From Spirochaetia bacterium (lineage in GTDB: Bacteria; Spirochaetota; Spirochaetia; SZUA-6; Bin103): a stretch of 64,000 nt of DNA. A program made the translations under genes and the position numbers. The stretch covers positions 1,504,001 through 1,568,000 of the forward strand of contig OZ241907.1 in the NCBI GenBank assembly GCA_965203515.1, in the 5' to 3' direction. Under the pieces are notes generated by a model. It was not told the DNA's origin and made no database searches. It saw only the letters and a list, made by a program, of their open reading frames with translations. Below, piece by piece: positions 48,329-56,872 of this stretch; positions within the stretch are counted from its first letter, which is position 1; every line of letters begins with the position of its first letter.

Positions 48329-48476
48329 AATCGGCCCTCCGCGCGTAGAGTCTGTCGAGTCGCCGCGTCAGCTGCAAGCGCGGCCGGAAGCGGTTCAACT
48401 CCAACGGAATTCCACCATCTCCGCGGACGCCTCATCCCGCTATCGTTTCGGCAGCACGTCGCGCTGCGCCATCAGA

Positions 48477-49808
48477 CTACGGGATGCCTGCGTGGCGGTT
48501 GCGATGATGGGCGGCGCACAGCAGTCGGAGATTGTTCGGCTCGGCGCCGCCGCCCTGGGCATACGGCACGACGTGATCGATCTGCAGCAGGTGTTGGGAG
48601 CCGCAGCGGCGTCCGCTGGTGCGGTTCACGTAGCTGCAGCGGCCCCGGTCGCGCCGCCAGACTTCGCGTTTGACCGCCGCCGGGATGGCGCGGCCGGTCC
48701 CGCCGCCCGCCTTCGCTGCCGAAGTTTGGGCCCGCGGCGGCGCCGCCCGCTTCGCGCCCGCCACAGCCTGCCGGCCGAGGTCCGCGTCTTCGGCGCCGAA
48801 GTCGTGTCGCCCGCCGGCTTCGCCGCCGAAGTGTCCGGGCGTTCCAGGCCGCGGCCCGCCTGCAGCGGCGGCTTCGTCTCCCGGCTGCGCCGCCGCCGAA
48901 GGAGCGGCGCTGTCCGATCGAGCCTCCTGCTTCGCTGCCGAAGCGGCGCGAGCCGAGGCCGCCTGCGTCTTCGCCGCCGAAGTCCGCTCGGCGCTTGCGG
49001 CCCGGGCGCCGATGCGACGCCCGCGCGGCGGCCGGGCCGGATCGTGGCGGTCGAGCCCTTCCTGCACCAGCCGCCCCATGAGCTGCCCCAACGTCATGTG
49101 CGGGTCGACGTGGGACAGGAGGCCCTTGAGCCGCTCCAAGCCGCACCGGCACTCATCGTCGATGACCGCCTTGAGCTCCCAGCGCCCGGCGCCCAGCGGA
49201 CGCACCCGATCCGCCGGCACCGCCAGCTCCGGGTCGACCTCGGCCAGCAACCGCATCACCTGCCGGCTGCTCTTGCCGGCCGCCTGCTCCACCAGCGCCC
49301 GCCGCGCCGACCGGTCCAGCACCGGCGTCGGCTTCCGCTCCGCCGGCTGAGCCGGTCCCGGCGTCGGCGCCTCGCCGTCCTGCGACCGCGCGGCGGCCCC
49401 GAATCCGATCCCGCGCGGCGCGCTACGCGCCGCGCGGTCCCTGTTGCGCTCCTGCCGGTCGAAGGCGTTCTGCAACTGCGCGGCCGCGTTGAGCGTCATC
49501 GAGCCGTCCTGCAGGCGTTCGCGCACGCCGTCGAAGTCCGCGCAGAGCCGCATCGCCTTGATGCGCCGCCAGGCGGCGGCGTCGCTGTAGCCCAGCTCGC
49601 GCACCGCGTAATCGAACAGGCTGGAGAACCCGCGGCGCAGATACAGTCGGCGCTTATGTATCTCGCGGAGGTGGTCGATGACGACGACTTCGAGCTGGTG
49701 TTCGATGCCGGACAGTTCCTTGGTCCGCGCTATCAGGCGGTCGTCGGAGAGAGCGGAAACGGTGGTCGTGATGGCTGCGCCGGCCGTGTCGGAACGAGTG
49801 CCGTTCAT
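48477..49808 (-). CDS. HNH endonuclease with a DUF222-like helical N-terminal domain and a repetitive linker
   Basis: N-terminal LSDDRL..RRLYLRRGFSSLFDY..LGYSDAAAWRRI; C-terminal IPAAVKREVWRRDRGRC..C..IDHVVPYAQGG..NLRLLCAAHH. Confidence 0.9.
   Translation of the reverse strand: MNGTRSDTAGAAITTTVSALSDDRLIARTKELSGIEHQLEVVVIDHLREIHKRRLYLRRGFSSLFDYAVRELGYSDAAAWRRIKAMRLCADFDGVRERLQDGSMTLNAAAQLQNAFDRQERNRDRAARSAPRGIGFGAAARSQDGEAPTPGPAQPAERKPTPVLDRSARRALVEQAAGKSSRQVMRLLAEVDPELAVPADRVRPLGAGRWELKAVIDDECRCGLERLKGLLSHVDPHMTLGQLMGRLVQEGLDRHDPARPPRGRRIGARAASAERTSAAKTQAASARAASAAKQEARSDSAAPSAAAQPGDEAAAAGGPRPGTPGHFGGEAGGRHDFGAEDADLGRQAVAGAKRAAPPRAQTSAAKAGGGTGRAIPAAVKREVWRRDRGRCSYVNRTSGRRCGSQHLLQIDHVVPYAQGGGAEPNNLRLLCAAHHRNRHAGIP
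48711..48982. repeat. Five dispersed 14-bp palindromes CTTCG-N4-CGAAG inside the HNH linker
   Basis: Copies start at 48711, 48788, 48818, 48930 and 48969; half-sites near 48750 and 48888. Confidence 0.9.
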
Positions 49809-49814
49809 GGCACA

Positions 49815-49843
49815 AGTATAATGATGTAAAGTAGTTGAGTCAA
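49815..49843 (-). promoter_or_regulatory. Near-consensus sigma70 promoter TTGACT-17-TATACT, 6 nt before the HNH ATG (leaderless)
   Basis: Plus strand shows AGTCAA at 49838-43, AGTATA at 49815-20 and CAT at 49806-08, in a locally AT-rich patch. Confidence 0.75.
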
Positions 49844-49866
49844 GTTGTCCGCAACGGTATCCCGGC

Positions 49867-49900
49867 AAAAAAAGTCTTCGACAGAAGCTGGTCGCGAAGG
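49867..49900 (-). terminator. Possible intrinsic terminator after the methyltransferase gene
   Basis: Short imperfect stem (CTTC/GAAG core) followed by T7 on the minus strand. Confidence 0.4.
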
Positions 49901-50267
49901 CCGCGGTTCTTCGTGTCGATGTTTGGGTCGCGTGCTACTCGGCTGCCGTCGGTTCGACGTGCGAGCGTTTGTGTTCGTTGGCCGCGCTTCCGAACAGATC
50001 GCCCTGTTGCGGTTCCCGCGACCGCATCGCGTCCGGCAGCAGGTTCTCGATCGCCGGTACGGAGACGTTGGCCAGCTCCTTCGGTTCCAGCTTGTGGAGG
50101 CCGCCGCCGTACACCCGGCCTTCGCCGAGCAGCGCCTGCGGACGGATGGCGTTCAGCATCTCCCAGATCGCCCGCTTCACCGCCGGTTCTTCTTGCAGGA
50201 GGCCGGCGATCGGCCCTTTCGGATACAACATGAGATAGACGTTCGACGCGGTCGCCCGCGAGTGATT

Positions 50268-51720
50268 TGAGGTGGTCCTAGAAAACTGGACAGGTTGCTA
50301 AGGTGTACTCCAGGCCTTGAGGAGGGCCGACCAGATGGCCAGGAAACGGCGGCGATTCACCGCCGAGTTCAAAGCGCGCGTGGCGCTCGAAGCGCTCAGC
50401 GGCGACCGCACGATTCAGGCGATCGCCGCCGATCACGCGGTGCATCCCAACCAAGTCAGCGACTGGAAGCGGCAAGCCGTCGACGGCTTGCACGACCTGT
50501 TCGCCACCGGCGCCAAGCGCCGGCAGGACGATCACGAAGCGATCATCCACGACCTGCACGCCAAGATCGGCGAGTTGACCGTGGAGCGCGATTTTTTAGC
50601 GCGCGGGCTCGCTCGTTGAGCCGCGACCAACGGCGCACGATGGTCGATCGAGCCCACCAACACCTGAGCGTCAGCCGGCAGTGCCGGCTGCTGGCGATGA
50701 GTCGCTCGACGCTGTACTACGCGCCGCAGGGCCACAGCGCCGAGACCTTGGCGCTGATGCGCCGCATCGACCAGTTGTACCTGTGCTACCCGTTCTACGG
50801 CAGCCGCCAGATGGCGCGCCATCTCGAACAGGAGGAAGTGACGGTCGGCCGCCACCGGGTCCGCCGGCTGATGCATCTGCTCGGCCTGGAGGCGATCTAC
50901 CGCAAGCCGCGCACCAGCACGGCGCATCCCGAACACTGCGTGTACCCGTATCTGCTGCGCGGCCTGAGCATCGAGCGGGCGAACCACGTGTGGTGCGCCG
51001 ACATCACCTACATCCCGGTGCAGGAAGGATATCTGTACCTGGTGGCAGTCATGGACTGGGCGAGCCGGCGGGTGCTGGCGTGGCGGCTGAGCAACACGCT
51101 GGACACCGCGTTCTGCCTCGCGGCGCTCGACGAGGCGCTGCGGCGGTACGGACGGCCGCAGGTCTTCAACACCGATCAGGGCAGGCAGTTCACGAGCCGG
51201 GCGTTCACCGAGCGGCTGCGGGCGGCCGGCATCCGGTGCTCGATGGATGGCCGCCGCCGATGCATGGACAACGTGTTCATCGAGCGGCTGTGGCGGTCGT
51301 TGAAGTACGAGGCGGTCTACCTGCACGAGTTGGCCGACGGCAGGGCGGCGCGGCGGGTGATCGGGCAGTGGATGGCGTTCTACAACGAGCAGCGGCCGCA
51401 CTCGGCGCTCGGCGGGCGCACGCCGGCGCAGTGCTACGACGGCACGCGGGCGGCCAGCGAGCAGGCGGCGTAGCGATGGACCGACGAAGTCACCAGACAG
51501 GAGGGCCGCTGATTCAAGACAGGCGGCGGATGACCGCGCTGATGCCGGTCTACGAGGCGAGCGGGTGTGAGTGGCGACCGCCATCCCAGGATCGAGGTCG
51601 TCGCCCGGCACCCCGGCCTTACCGCCGCATTCGCAAGCGAAGCGACCGAGGGGGTAGCGCAACCACCCGAGTACACCTTATTCTGCCCCTCAACCTGTCC
51701 AACCAACCAGGACCACCTCA
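50268..51720 (+). mobile_element. Complete IS3-family insertion sequence (1453 bp)
   Basis: TG...CA ends; imperfect IRs TGAGGTGGTCCT-N7-TGGACAGGTTG; 3-bp target duplication ATT (50265-67 / 51721-23); orfA and orfB present. Confidence 0.95.
50335..51473 (+). CDS. IS3 transposase OrfA (50335-50619) / OrfB, joined by a -1 frameshift
   Basis: OrfA HTH RRRFTAEFKARVALEA..VHPNQVSDWK; T6 slippery run at 50592-97; DDE residues in WCADITY, FNTDQG and FIERLW. Confidence 0.9.
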
Positions 51721-53010
51721 ATTGAGGATGAAGCGAAACGGTCTCCCGCGTCTGTTGTCACTGCGGCCGATATAGGTGCAGACGAACGGCGCCGGCGCCC
51801 GCTTCTCCTGCGCGTACCACGGCGTTCGATGCCGGCAGATGTGACTCTCGGCAATACCGTGCGCTCTGCCCGCCTCGAGATAGGACCAGAGCCGCGGATG
51901 CCGATCCCTGATCTCCTCCGCTCCCCACCGGCAGTCGAGCAGAAAGAGCCGCCGGTCCAGCAGGGGGTTTCCCCGGTCGTCCGCCGTCACTTCGTCGTCC
52001 GCAAGGTAGCGCGGACTCGGCAGGATCGGCCGAAACGGCTCCGGCGGCAGGCCGCGCCGTTCGATCTCCGCCGCCGGCAGGATGAAGAACCGGTTGCCGC
52101 CGGTGGCTATCCCGCGCCGTATCTCGAAGAAGTCGCCGAGCACCGGGCCAGCAACCGGCGCCTCGTGCTCCTCCATCGGAAACCGAGTCCACTTCGCAGC
52201 GCGCCGCAAGGCCGCGACCGGCACCGGACGATCTACCCGCGGCCGATCCAGGGAGCCTCCGAAGGTGAACCGTACCGCGTGCTCCGGGGGCGGCGCCCGG
52301 TTGCTGAACCAGACCACGGCGGAAGAGACCAGTGCATCGCCGAACTGCACGTCGTTCGGATCGAACCGATGGACGTGGCGGAGCGTCACGGTGTCGAGCA
52401 GGTAGCGCTTCATGACCGAGCCGTAGTTCACGTCCATGAACTCGCTCGGCACCAACCAGCCGGCAAGCGCGTCCCCCGCCATCCAGGGATGGCTCAGCGC
52501 CATGAAGTAGCAGTACAACCCGGCGAGGCCGCTGATCTCCATGCCTCCCGTCTGCCGAGCTCGCGCCTTGAGCCGCTGCTTCTCCGCGTTCGGGATATGG
52601 TGATGCCGGACGTACGGCGGGTTGCATATCAACAGGTCGAACCGCTCCTCATCCTGCGGAGGATCGACTCTCGTAAAGTCGTCCAGGCGGACTTCCAAGC
52701 CGCTCGCGTTCCAGAGTCGCGCCGCCGGCGCTCCGTAGTGCCGGTCGATTTCATAGCCGACCGCCGCTTCGATACGACCGCGCGGGAATACGGCGAGCAA
52801 CGCCGAATAGAACGAACCGGTGCCGACGGCCGGATCGATGAATCGCACGGCTCCCGATTTGCCGATACGCTCGTGCGCATAGCGGAGTATGTCCACTGCC
52901 AGCGCCGGCGGCGTGGCGAACTGCCCCATCCGGTTCCGCTCCGCCTGATCCTTCCTGGCGTCCAACTCCCGCTGCAACGCCAACCGGCGCGCTTCCCGGT
53001 CCACGCTCCT

Positions 53011-53754
53011 CTACGAGTCGTCCCGGACCTCGTCGAGGCGCGCGGAGACGCCGCGAAACGCCGCTTCCAGGCCGGCGCGCATCTCCACGGTATGCGGGTT
53101 GAACCGCTGCAGGTCGGCGAAGAGCTGCCAGGGGTCGTTGCAGGTCTGTTCCACGATCGACAGCAGCCGCTGAAAGCCGAGCGGGGCGATGCCGGATTCC
53201 CGCAGGCGCATCTCGGCCAGGACCCGGCCGATGTAGTGGGTCACGCCCTGCGTGAACGCCGCCTCGCGATCGTGCGCGTCCGGCTCCATCACGACCACGT
53301 TCAGCTTCAGCCCGGCGAAGAAGCGCTCCCACCGCGCCAGCGGCTCCGGCTCGATGCGGACCGGACACAACACCATCGGCAGACCGGCGATCGTCACCCG
53401 CCCCGAGTCGGGGCCGAACATCGGATGGGTGCCCAGGATGCGCACGCCGGCCGGCAGCATCTTTTCCATCAGCCGCGCCGGGTGACCCTTCACGGAGCAG
53501 GTGTCCATCACCGTGGCGCCGGCCGGCAGCCGATCTCGAATGCGGCCGAGCACCTGCTCCATGGCCGAGATCGCCACGCACAGGATCAGCACCGGGCACT
53601 GAAGCAGGCGATCTTCGGAGACCGGCTCCACGCCGGCCGGCACGGCCCTGCTGCGCCGGGAATACGCCTTCACGGTCGCGTGACGGGCCAGCCGCTCCGC
53701 CCAGAATCGGCCGAACCGGCCCAGGCCGTAGATGCCGAGCTCGTCGCCGCTCAC
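53011..53754 (-). CDS. tyrA: Prephenate/arogenate dehydrogenase
   Basis: GIYGLGRFG, DTCSVK, GTHPMFGP and HDREAAFTQGVTH. Confidence 0.85.
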   Translation of the reverse strand: MSGDELGIYGLGRFGRFWAERLARHATVKAYSRRSRAVPAGVEPVSEDRLLQCPVLILCVAISAMEQVLGRIRDRLPAGATVMDTCSVKGHPARLMEKMLPAGVRILGTHPMFGPDSGRVTIAGLPMVLCPVRIEPEPLARWERFFAGLKLNVVVMEPDAHDREAAFTQGVTHYIGRVLAEMRLRESGIAPLGFQRLLSIVEQTCNDPWQLFADLQRFNPHTVEMRAGLEAAFRGVSARLDEVRDDS

Positions 53755-54623
53755 GATTCGCCCGTGTCGCGGCGGCGCATCAGCGCCGCGATCCGTTCGC
53801 TGACCGCGACCAGATCATCGGCGCTCAGCGCCTCGGCGCGCACGCCCGCCTCGATCCCCATGCGCTCCATGATCGACAACAGGTCGCGCTTGGCCAACGG
53901 AAACGGCGACGCCCGCAGCAGATTGTTGCGCAGCGTCTTGCGCCGGGCCGAGAACGCGGCCCGCACCAGCGTGAAGAAGACGGCCCGGTCCCGCACCCGG
54001 CCGGCATCGGCCCGCACGTCCATGGTCACCACGCCGGACTGCACCTCCGGCACCGGATAGAACGACCCCGGCTGCAGGTCGCCCTGCCCGGCGACGGCAT
54101 AGAACGCCTGACAGATCGCCGAGAACGAGGAGTACGCGCGCGATCCGGGCGCCGCGCACATCCGTTCGACCACCTCCTTCTGCAGGGTGAACACCATGCG
54201 GCCGACCTGCGGCCCGTGCTCGACCAGCGCCGCCACGATCGCCGCCCCGCTGCTGTACGGCAGGTTGCCGGCCACGCGTTGCGGCGTCCCGTACGCCGCT
54301 GCCGCCTGCTCGCGAGTCTCCAGGAAGTCCCCGGCCACGACCCGCACGCTCGCGCCGGAGAACTCCGACCGCAGGTGCCGGACCAGGCCGTGATCGCTCT
54401 CGAACGCCACGGTGGCGCCGGCCAGCGGATCGATCATCTCCGTCAACGCGCCCAGTCCCGCGCCGATCTCCCAGACCAACTCGCCCGGCTGCGGATCGAG
54501 CAACTCCACGATCTTGCGCCGCGCCCCTCGATTGATCATGAAGTGCTGCCCCCAGCGCTTCTTCAGCGCTATGCCGGCGGCCTCCATCGCTTGCCTGATT
54601 TCGGTCGGCGAGTCGTGATTCAC
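53751..54623 (-). CDS. rsmA: 16S rRNA m6,2A dimethyltransferase RsmA/KsgA
   Basis: KKRWGQHF, EIGAGLGALT, GNLPY, LQKEV and FSARRKTLRNNL. Confidence 0.95.
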   Translation of the reverse strand: MNHDSPTEIRQAMEAAGIALKKRWGQHFMINRGARRKIVELLDPQPGELVWEIGAGLGALTEMIDPLAGATVAFESDHGLVRHLRSEFSGASVRVVAGDFLETREQAAAAYGTPQRVAGNLPYSSGAAIVAALVEHGPQVGRMVFTLQKEVVERMCAAPGSRAYSSFSAICQAFYAVAGQGDLQPGSFYPVPEVQSGVVTMDVRADAGRVRDRAVFFTLVRAAFSARRKTLRNNLLRASPFPLAKRDLLSIMERMGIEAGVRAEALSADDLVAVSERIAALMRRRDTGES

Positions 54624-54633
54624 GGATCGTCGG

Positions 54634-55983
54634 TCATAGAGAGATCCCCGGGATGGCGGCGCTGAGCGAGATCCCGGCCTCCAGGATTGTAAACGCCAGA
54701 TCGAGGATCGCGCCAGCGACCTCCCCCGGAACCGTCCAGGAGAGCTGACCCGCCGCCCCCACGCCGATCGCGGCGGCCAGGAAGACCGTCACCGCGGGCA
54801 TCAGCACCGGCGCCAACAGCACCGATCCCGGGTACAGCTCCCCGAACACCGTCAATACCAGGGGCGCCGTGGCGACCTGGGCGCCGATCGAGCAGAGCAC
54901 GGCGCCGCCGGCGTAGCGGAGCGGACCCGGCGGCAGGCGCGCGGCCGCCCGCGCGCCGGCCAGCACGCCGAGCAGCGCCAGGAACGAGAGCTGAAACGAA
55001 AGCTGCGCGGCGGCGCCGGGATCGATCGCCAGCAGGATGAGCGCGGCGAGCGCGATGATCGGCACCGGCCGCCGTTCGCGGTCGGTCACCGCCAACAGCG
55101 ATCCGACCGCGGCCATGATCGCCGCGCGCGCCAGCGCCGGCCCGCCGGTTGCGATCAACGCATAGGCGGCGGCGACCGCAGCGGCGATCGGCGGCCCCGC
55201 GCGGCGCGGCGCGGCGCGCATGAGCACCAGCACGCAGCCGTAGACGATGCCGACGTGCAGGCCGGACAGCGCCAACAGATGGGACGCGCCGGCGCGGCGG
55301 AAGCGCGCGGCGATGTCGGCATCCAGGAGCCGCCGGTCGCCGATCAGCACCGCCGCAGCCAGCCCCGCCGCCGGCCCGGCGCGCGCCATGGCCGCCACGA
55401 TCCGCTCGCGCACCGCCGCGCGGACGCTCCAGAGCGGCGACCGAAATCCCTGCCGCTCGAGCCGTACCGGCCCGCCGACCCGTACCGGGCGGCCGGCCGG
55501 CCGGCCGGCGCGGAGGTCCGGCGGCGCCTCGATCGCCACCGACACCACCTCGCCGCGATGCAGCGACTCGGCGCCGCGCAGAAACATATCCATTCGCACG
55601 TCGGCCGTAGCCCGCAGCGCGCCGCCGCGGCCGGAAGCCCGGAAGACCCGTAGCGACAGGGCGGTGCCGCCTTTCGGCAGCGGCCGGCTGTCGTCGAGCA
55701 CGACGCCGCGCACCACCAGCGGGCCGGGATCGGCGATCCCCAGGTAGGCCGACCGATCCTCCGCCCGCATCCGCACGATCCCGGTCGCGGCCAGCAACGC
55801 ACCGAGCGCGGCGGCCGCCGCGCCGGCGCGCAGCGCCGGCTGCCGGTGCACGGTGCCGCAGGCCCAGAGCACGCCGCCGGCCGCCGCCGCGGCAGCCGCG
55901 ATGCAGAGCGCCAGCGACAGCGCCGCCGGCGCCACGCTCAATCCGGCGGCGGCGACCGCCGCGGCGATGAAGGAGGGACCCAT
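54634..55983 (-). CDS. comEC: ComEC/Rec2 competence membrane protein (no C-terminal metallo-beta-lactamase domain)
   Basis: FRRAGASHLLALSGLHV, RAAIM and SFQLSF. Confidence 0.85.
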   Translation of the reverse strand: MGPSFIAAAVAAAGLSVAPAALSLALCIAAAAAAAGGVLWACGTVHRQPALRAGAAAAALGALLAATGIVRMRAEDRSAYLGIADPGPLVVRGVVLDDSRPLPKGGTALSLRVFRASGRGGALRATADVRMDMFLRGAESLHRGEVVSVAIEAPPDLRAGRPAGRPVRVGGPVRLERQGFRSPLWSVRAAVRERIVAAMARAGPAAGLAAAVLIGDRRLLDADIAARFRRAGASHLLALSGLHVGIVYGCVLVLMRAAPRRAGPPIAAAVAAAYALIATGGPALARAAIMAAVGSLLAVTDRERRPVPIIALAALILLAIDPGAAAQLSFQLSFLALLGVLAGARAAARLPPGPLRYAGGAVLCSIGAQVATAPLVLTVFGELYPGSVLLAPVLMPAVTVFLAAAIGVGAAGQLSWTVPGEVAGAILDLAFTILEAGISLSAAIPGISL

Positions 55984-56082
55984 CTCACCGGGAGAAACCG
56001 CCCCGGCGGGCGCAGCGCTTCAAGTCGCCGGCCGCGCCGTCCGCCGTTCCCGTCAGGGCACGGCATTCCGTATGATGTCGTC

Positions 56083-56778
56083 ATGCACGGAGGCGGCAGG
56101 CCGGCCGAGGGGACCGTCGCCGCGGCGCTCACCCTGGCTCTGGTCTTGGCTCTGGCCGGCTGCTCGGAGCGAACGCAGGGGCCCGACGAGGCCGCTCTCG
56201 CCGGTCCGGCCGACGCCGCCCCGGCAGACGGCCCTGCCGCCGCCGGCTCCGCTGCCGCGCCCGGCTCCCCTGCCACGCGGACGGCGGGCGCCGATGCGGA
56301 AGCCGTGCGGCAGGCGATGGCCAATCTGGGCTTCGAACCGGCGAAGAAGGAGGCGCGGGTCGACTTCGAGCTGGCGGCCATCGACGGCACGCCGCGCACC
56401 CTGGACGACTACGCCGGCAGTTACGTGCTGCTCAACTTCTGGGCGACCTGGTGCGCCCCGTGCCGGATCGAGATGCCGGCGCTGGAGCGGCTCCACCTGC
56501 AGCTTGCGAACCGCGGCCTGCGGGTCGTCGGCGTCGATCTGGGCGAAGCGCCGGCCGAGGTCGAGCGCTTCGTTGCGGAGACCGGCATCACCTTCGAGAT
56601 CGTGATCGACGACGACCTGTCGACCAGCCGCGTCTACGCCGCTCAATCGCTGCCGATGACCTACATCCTGGACCCGGAGGGGACGATCGTCGCGCGGGCT
56701 ATCGGCGTGCGCGACTGGGATTCGGAGGCGATGCGCGCCATGTTCGCGGCGCTGGTCGAGACCGGGCCGGCCGGATGA
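56083..56778 (+). CDS. TlpA/ResA-like thiol-disulfide oxidoreductase lipoprotein
   Basis: Lipobox LAGC; LNFWATWCAPCRIEMP; TATGAT 6 nt before the ATG. Confidence 0.9.
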   Translation: MHGGGRPAEGTVAAALTLALVLALAGCSERTQGPDEAALAGPADAAPADGPAAAGSAAAPGSPATRTAGADAEAVRQAMANLGFEPAKKEARVDFELAAIDGTPRTLDDYAGSYVLLNFWATWCAPCRIEMPALERLHLQLANRGLRVVGVDLGEAPAEVERFVAETGITFEIVIDDDLSTSRVYAAQSLPMTYILDPEGTIVARAIGVRDWDSEAMRAMFAALVETGPAG

Positions 56779-56872
56779 GCCGCCGGCGGCTTGCGGCGCG
56801 CGCCGATTCGTAGTATCCGTTGGGCCGACGCCATGAGCCGCCGCTTGGTCCGAGGGACGCCCTCCGTGATGT

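Larger units (their letters stand above)
49935..53004 (-). pseudogene. N6-adenine DNA methyltransferase (Eco57I/TaqI-like, NPPY) interrupted by IS3
   Basis: GQFATP, FIDPAVGTGSF and ICNPPY. Removing the IS and one ATT restores RFILN-HSRATASNVYLMLYPK..GGLHKLEPKEL. Confidence 0.9.

Noticed and set aside
51476..51775. Passenger ORF in the IS tail (MDRRSHQTGG...)
   Set aside because: It runs through the right inverted repeat into flanking DNA and has no recognisable motif.
48477..53004. HNH gene plus upstream methyltransferase as a type II restriction-modification pair
   Set aside because: The HNH gene has its own promoter behind a terminator-like signal and a DUF222-like architecture. It is intact while the methyltransferase is disrupted, which would be lethal for a cognate pair.
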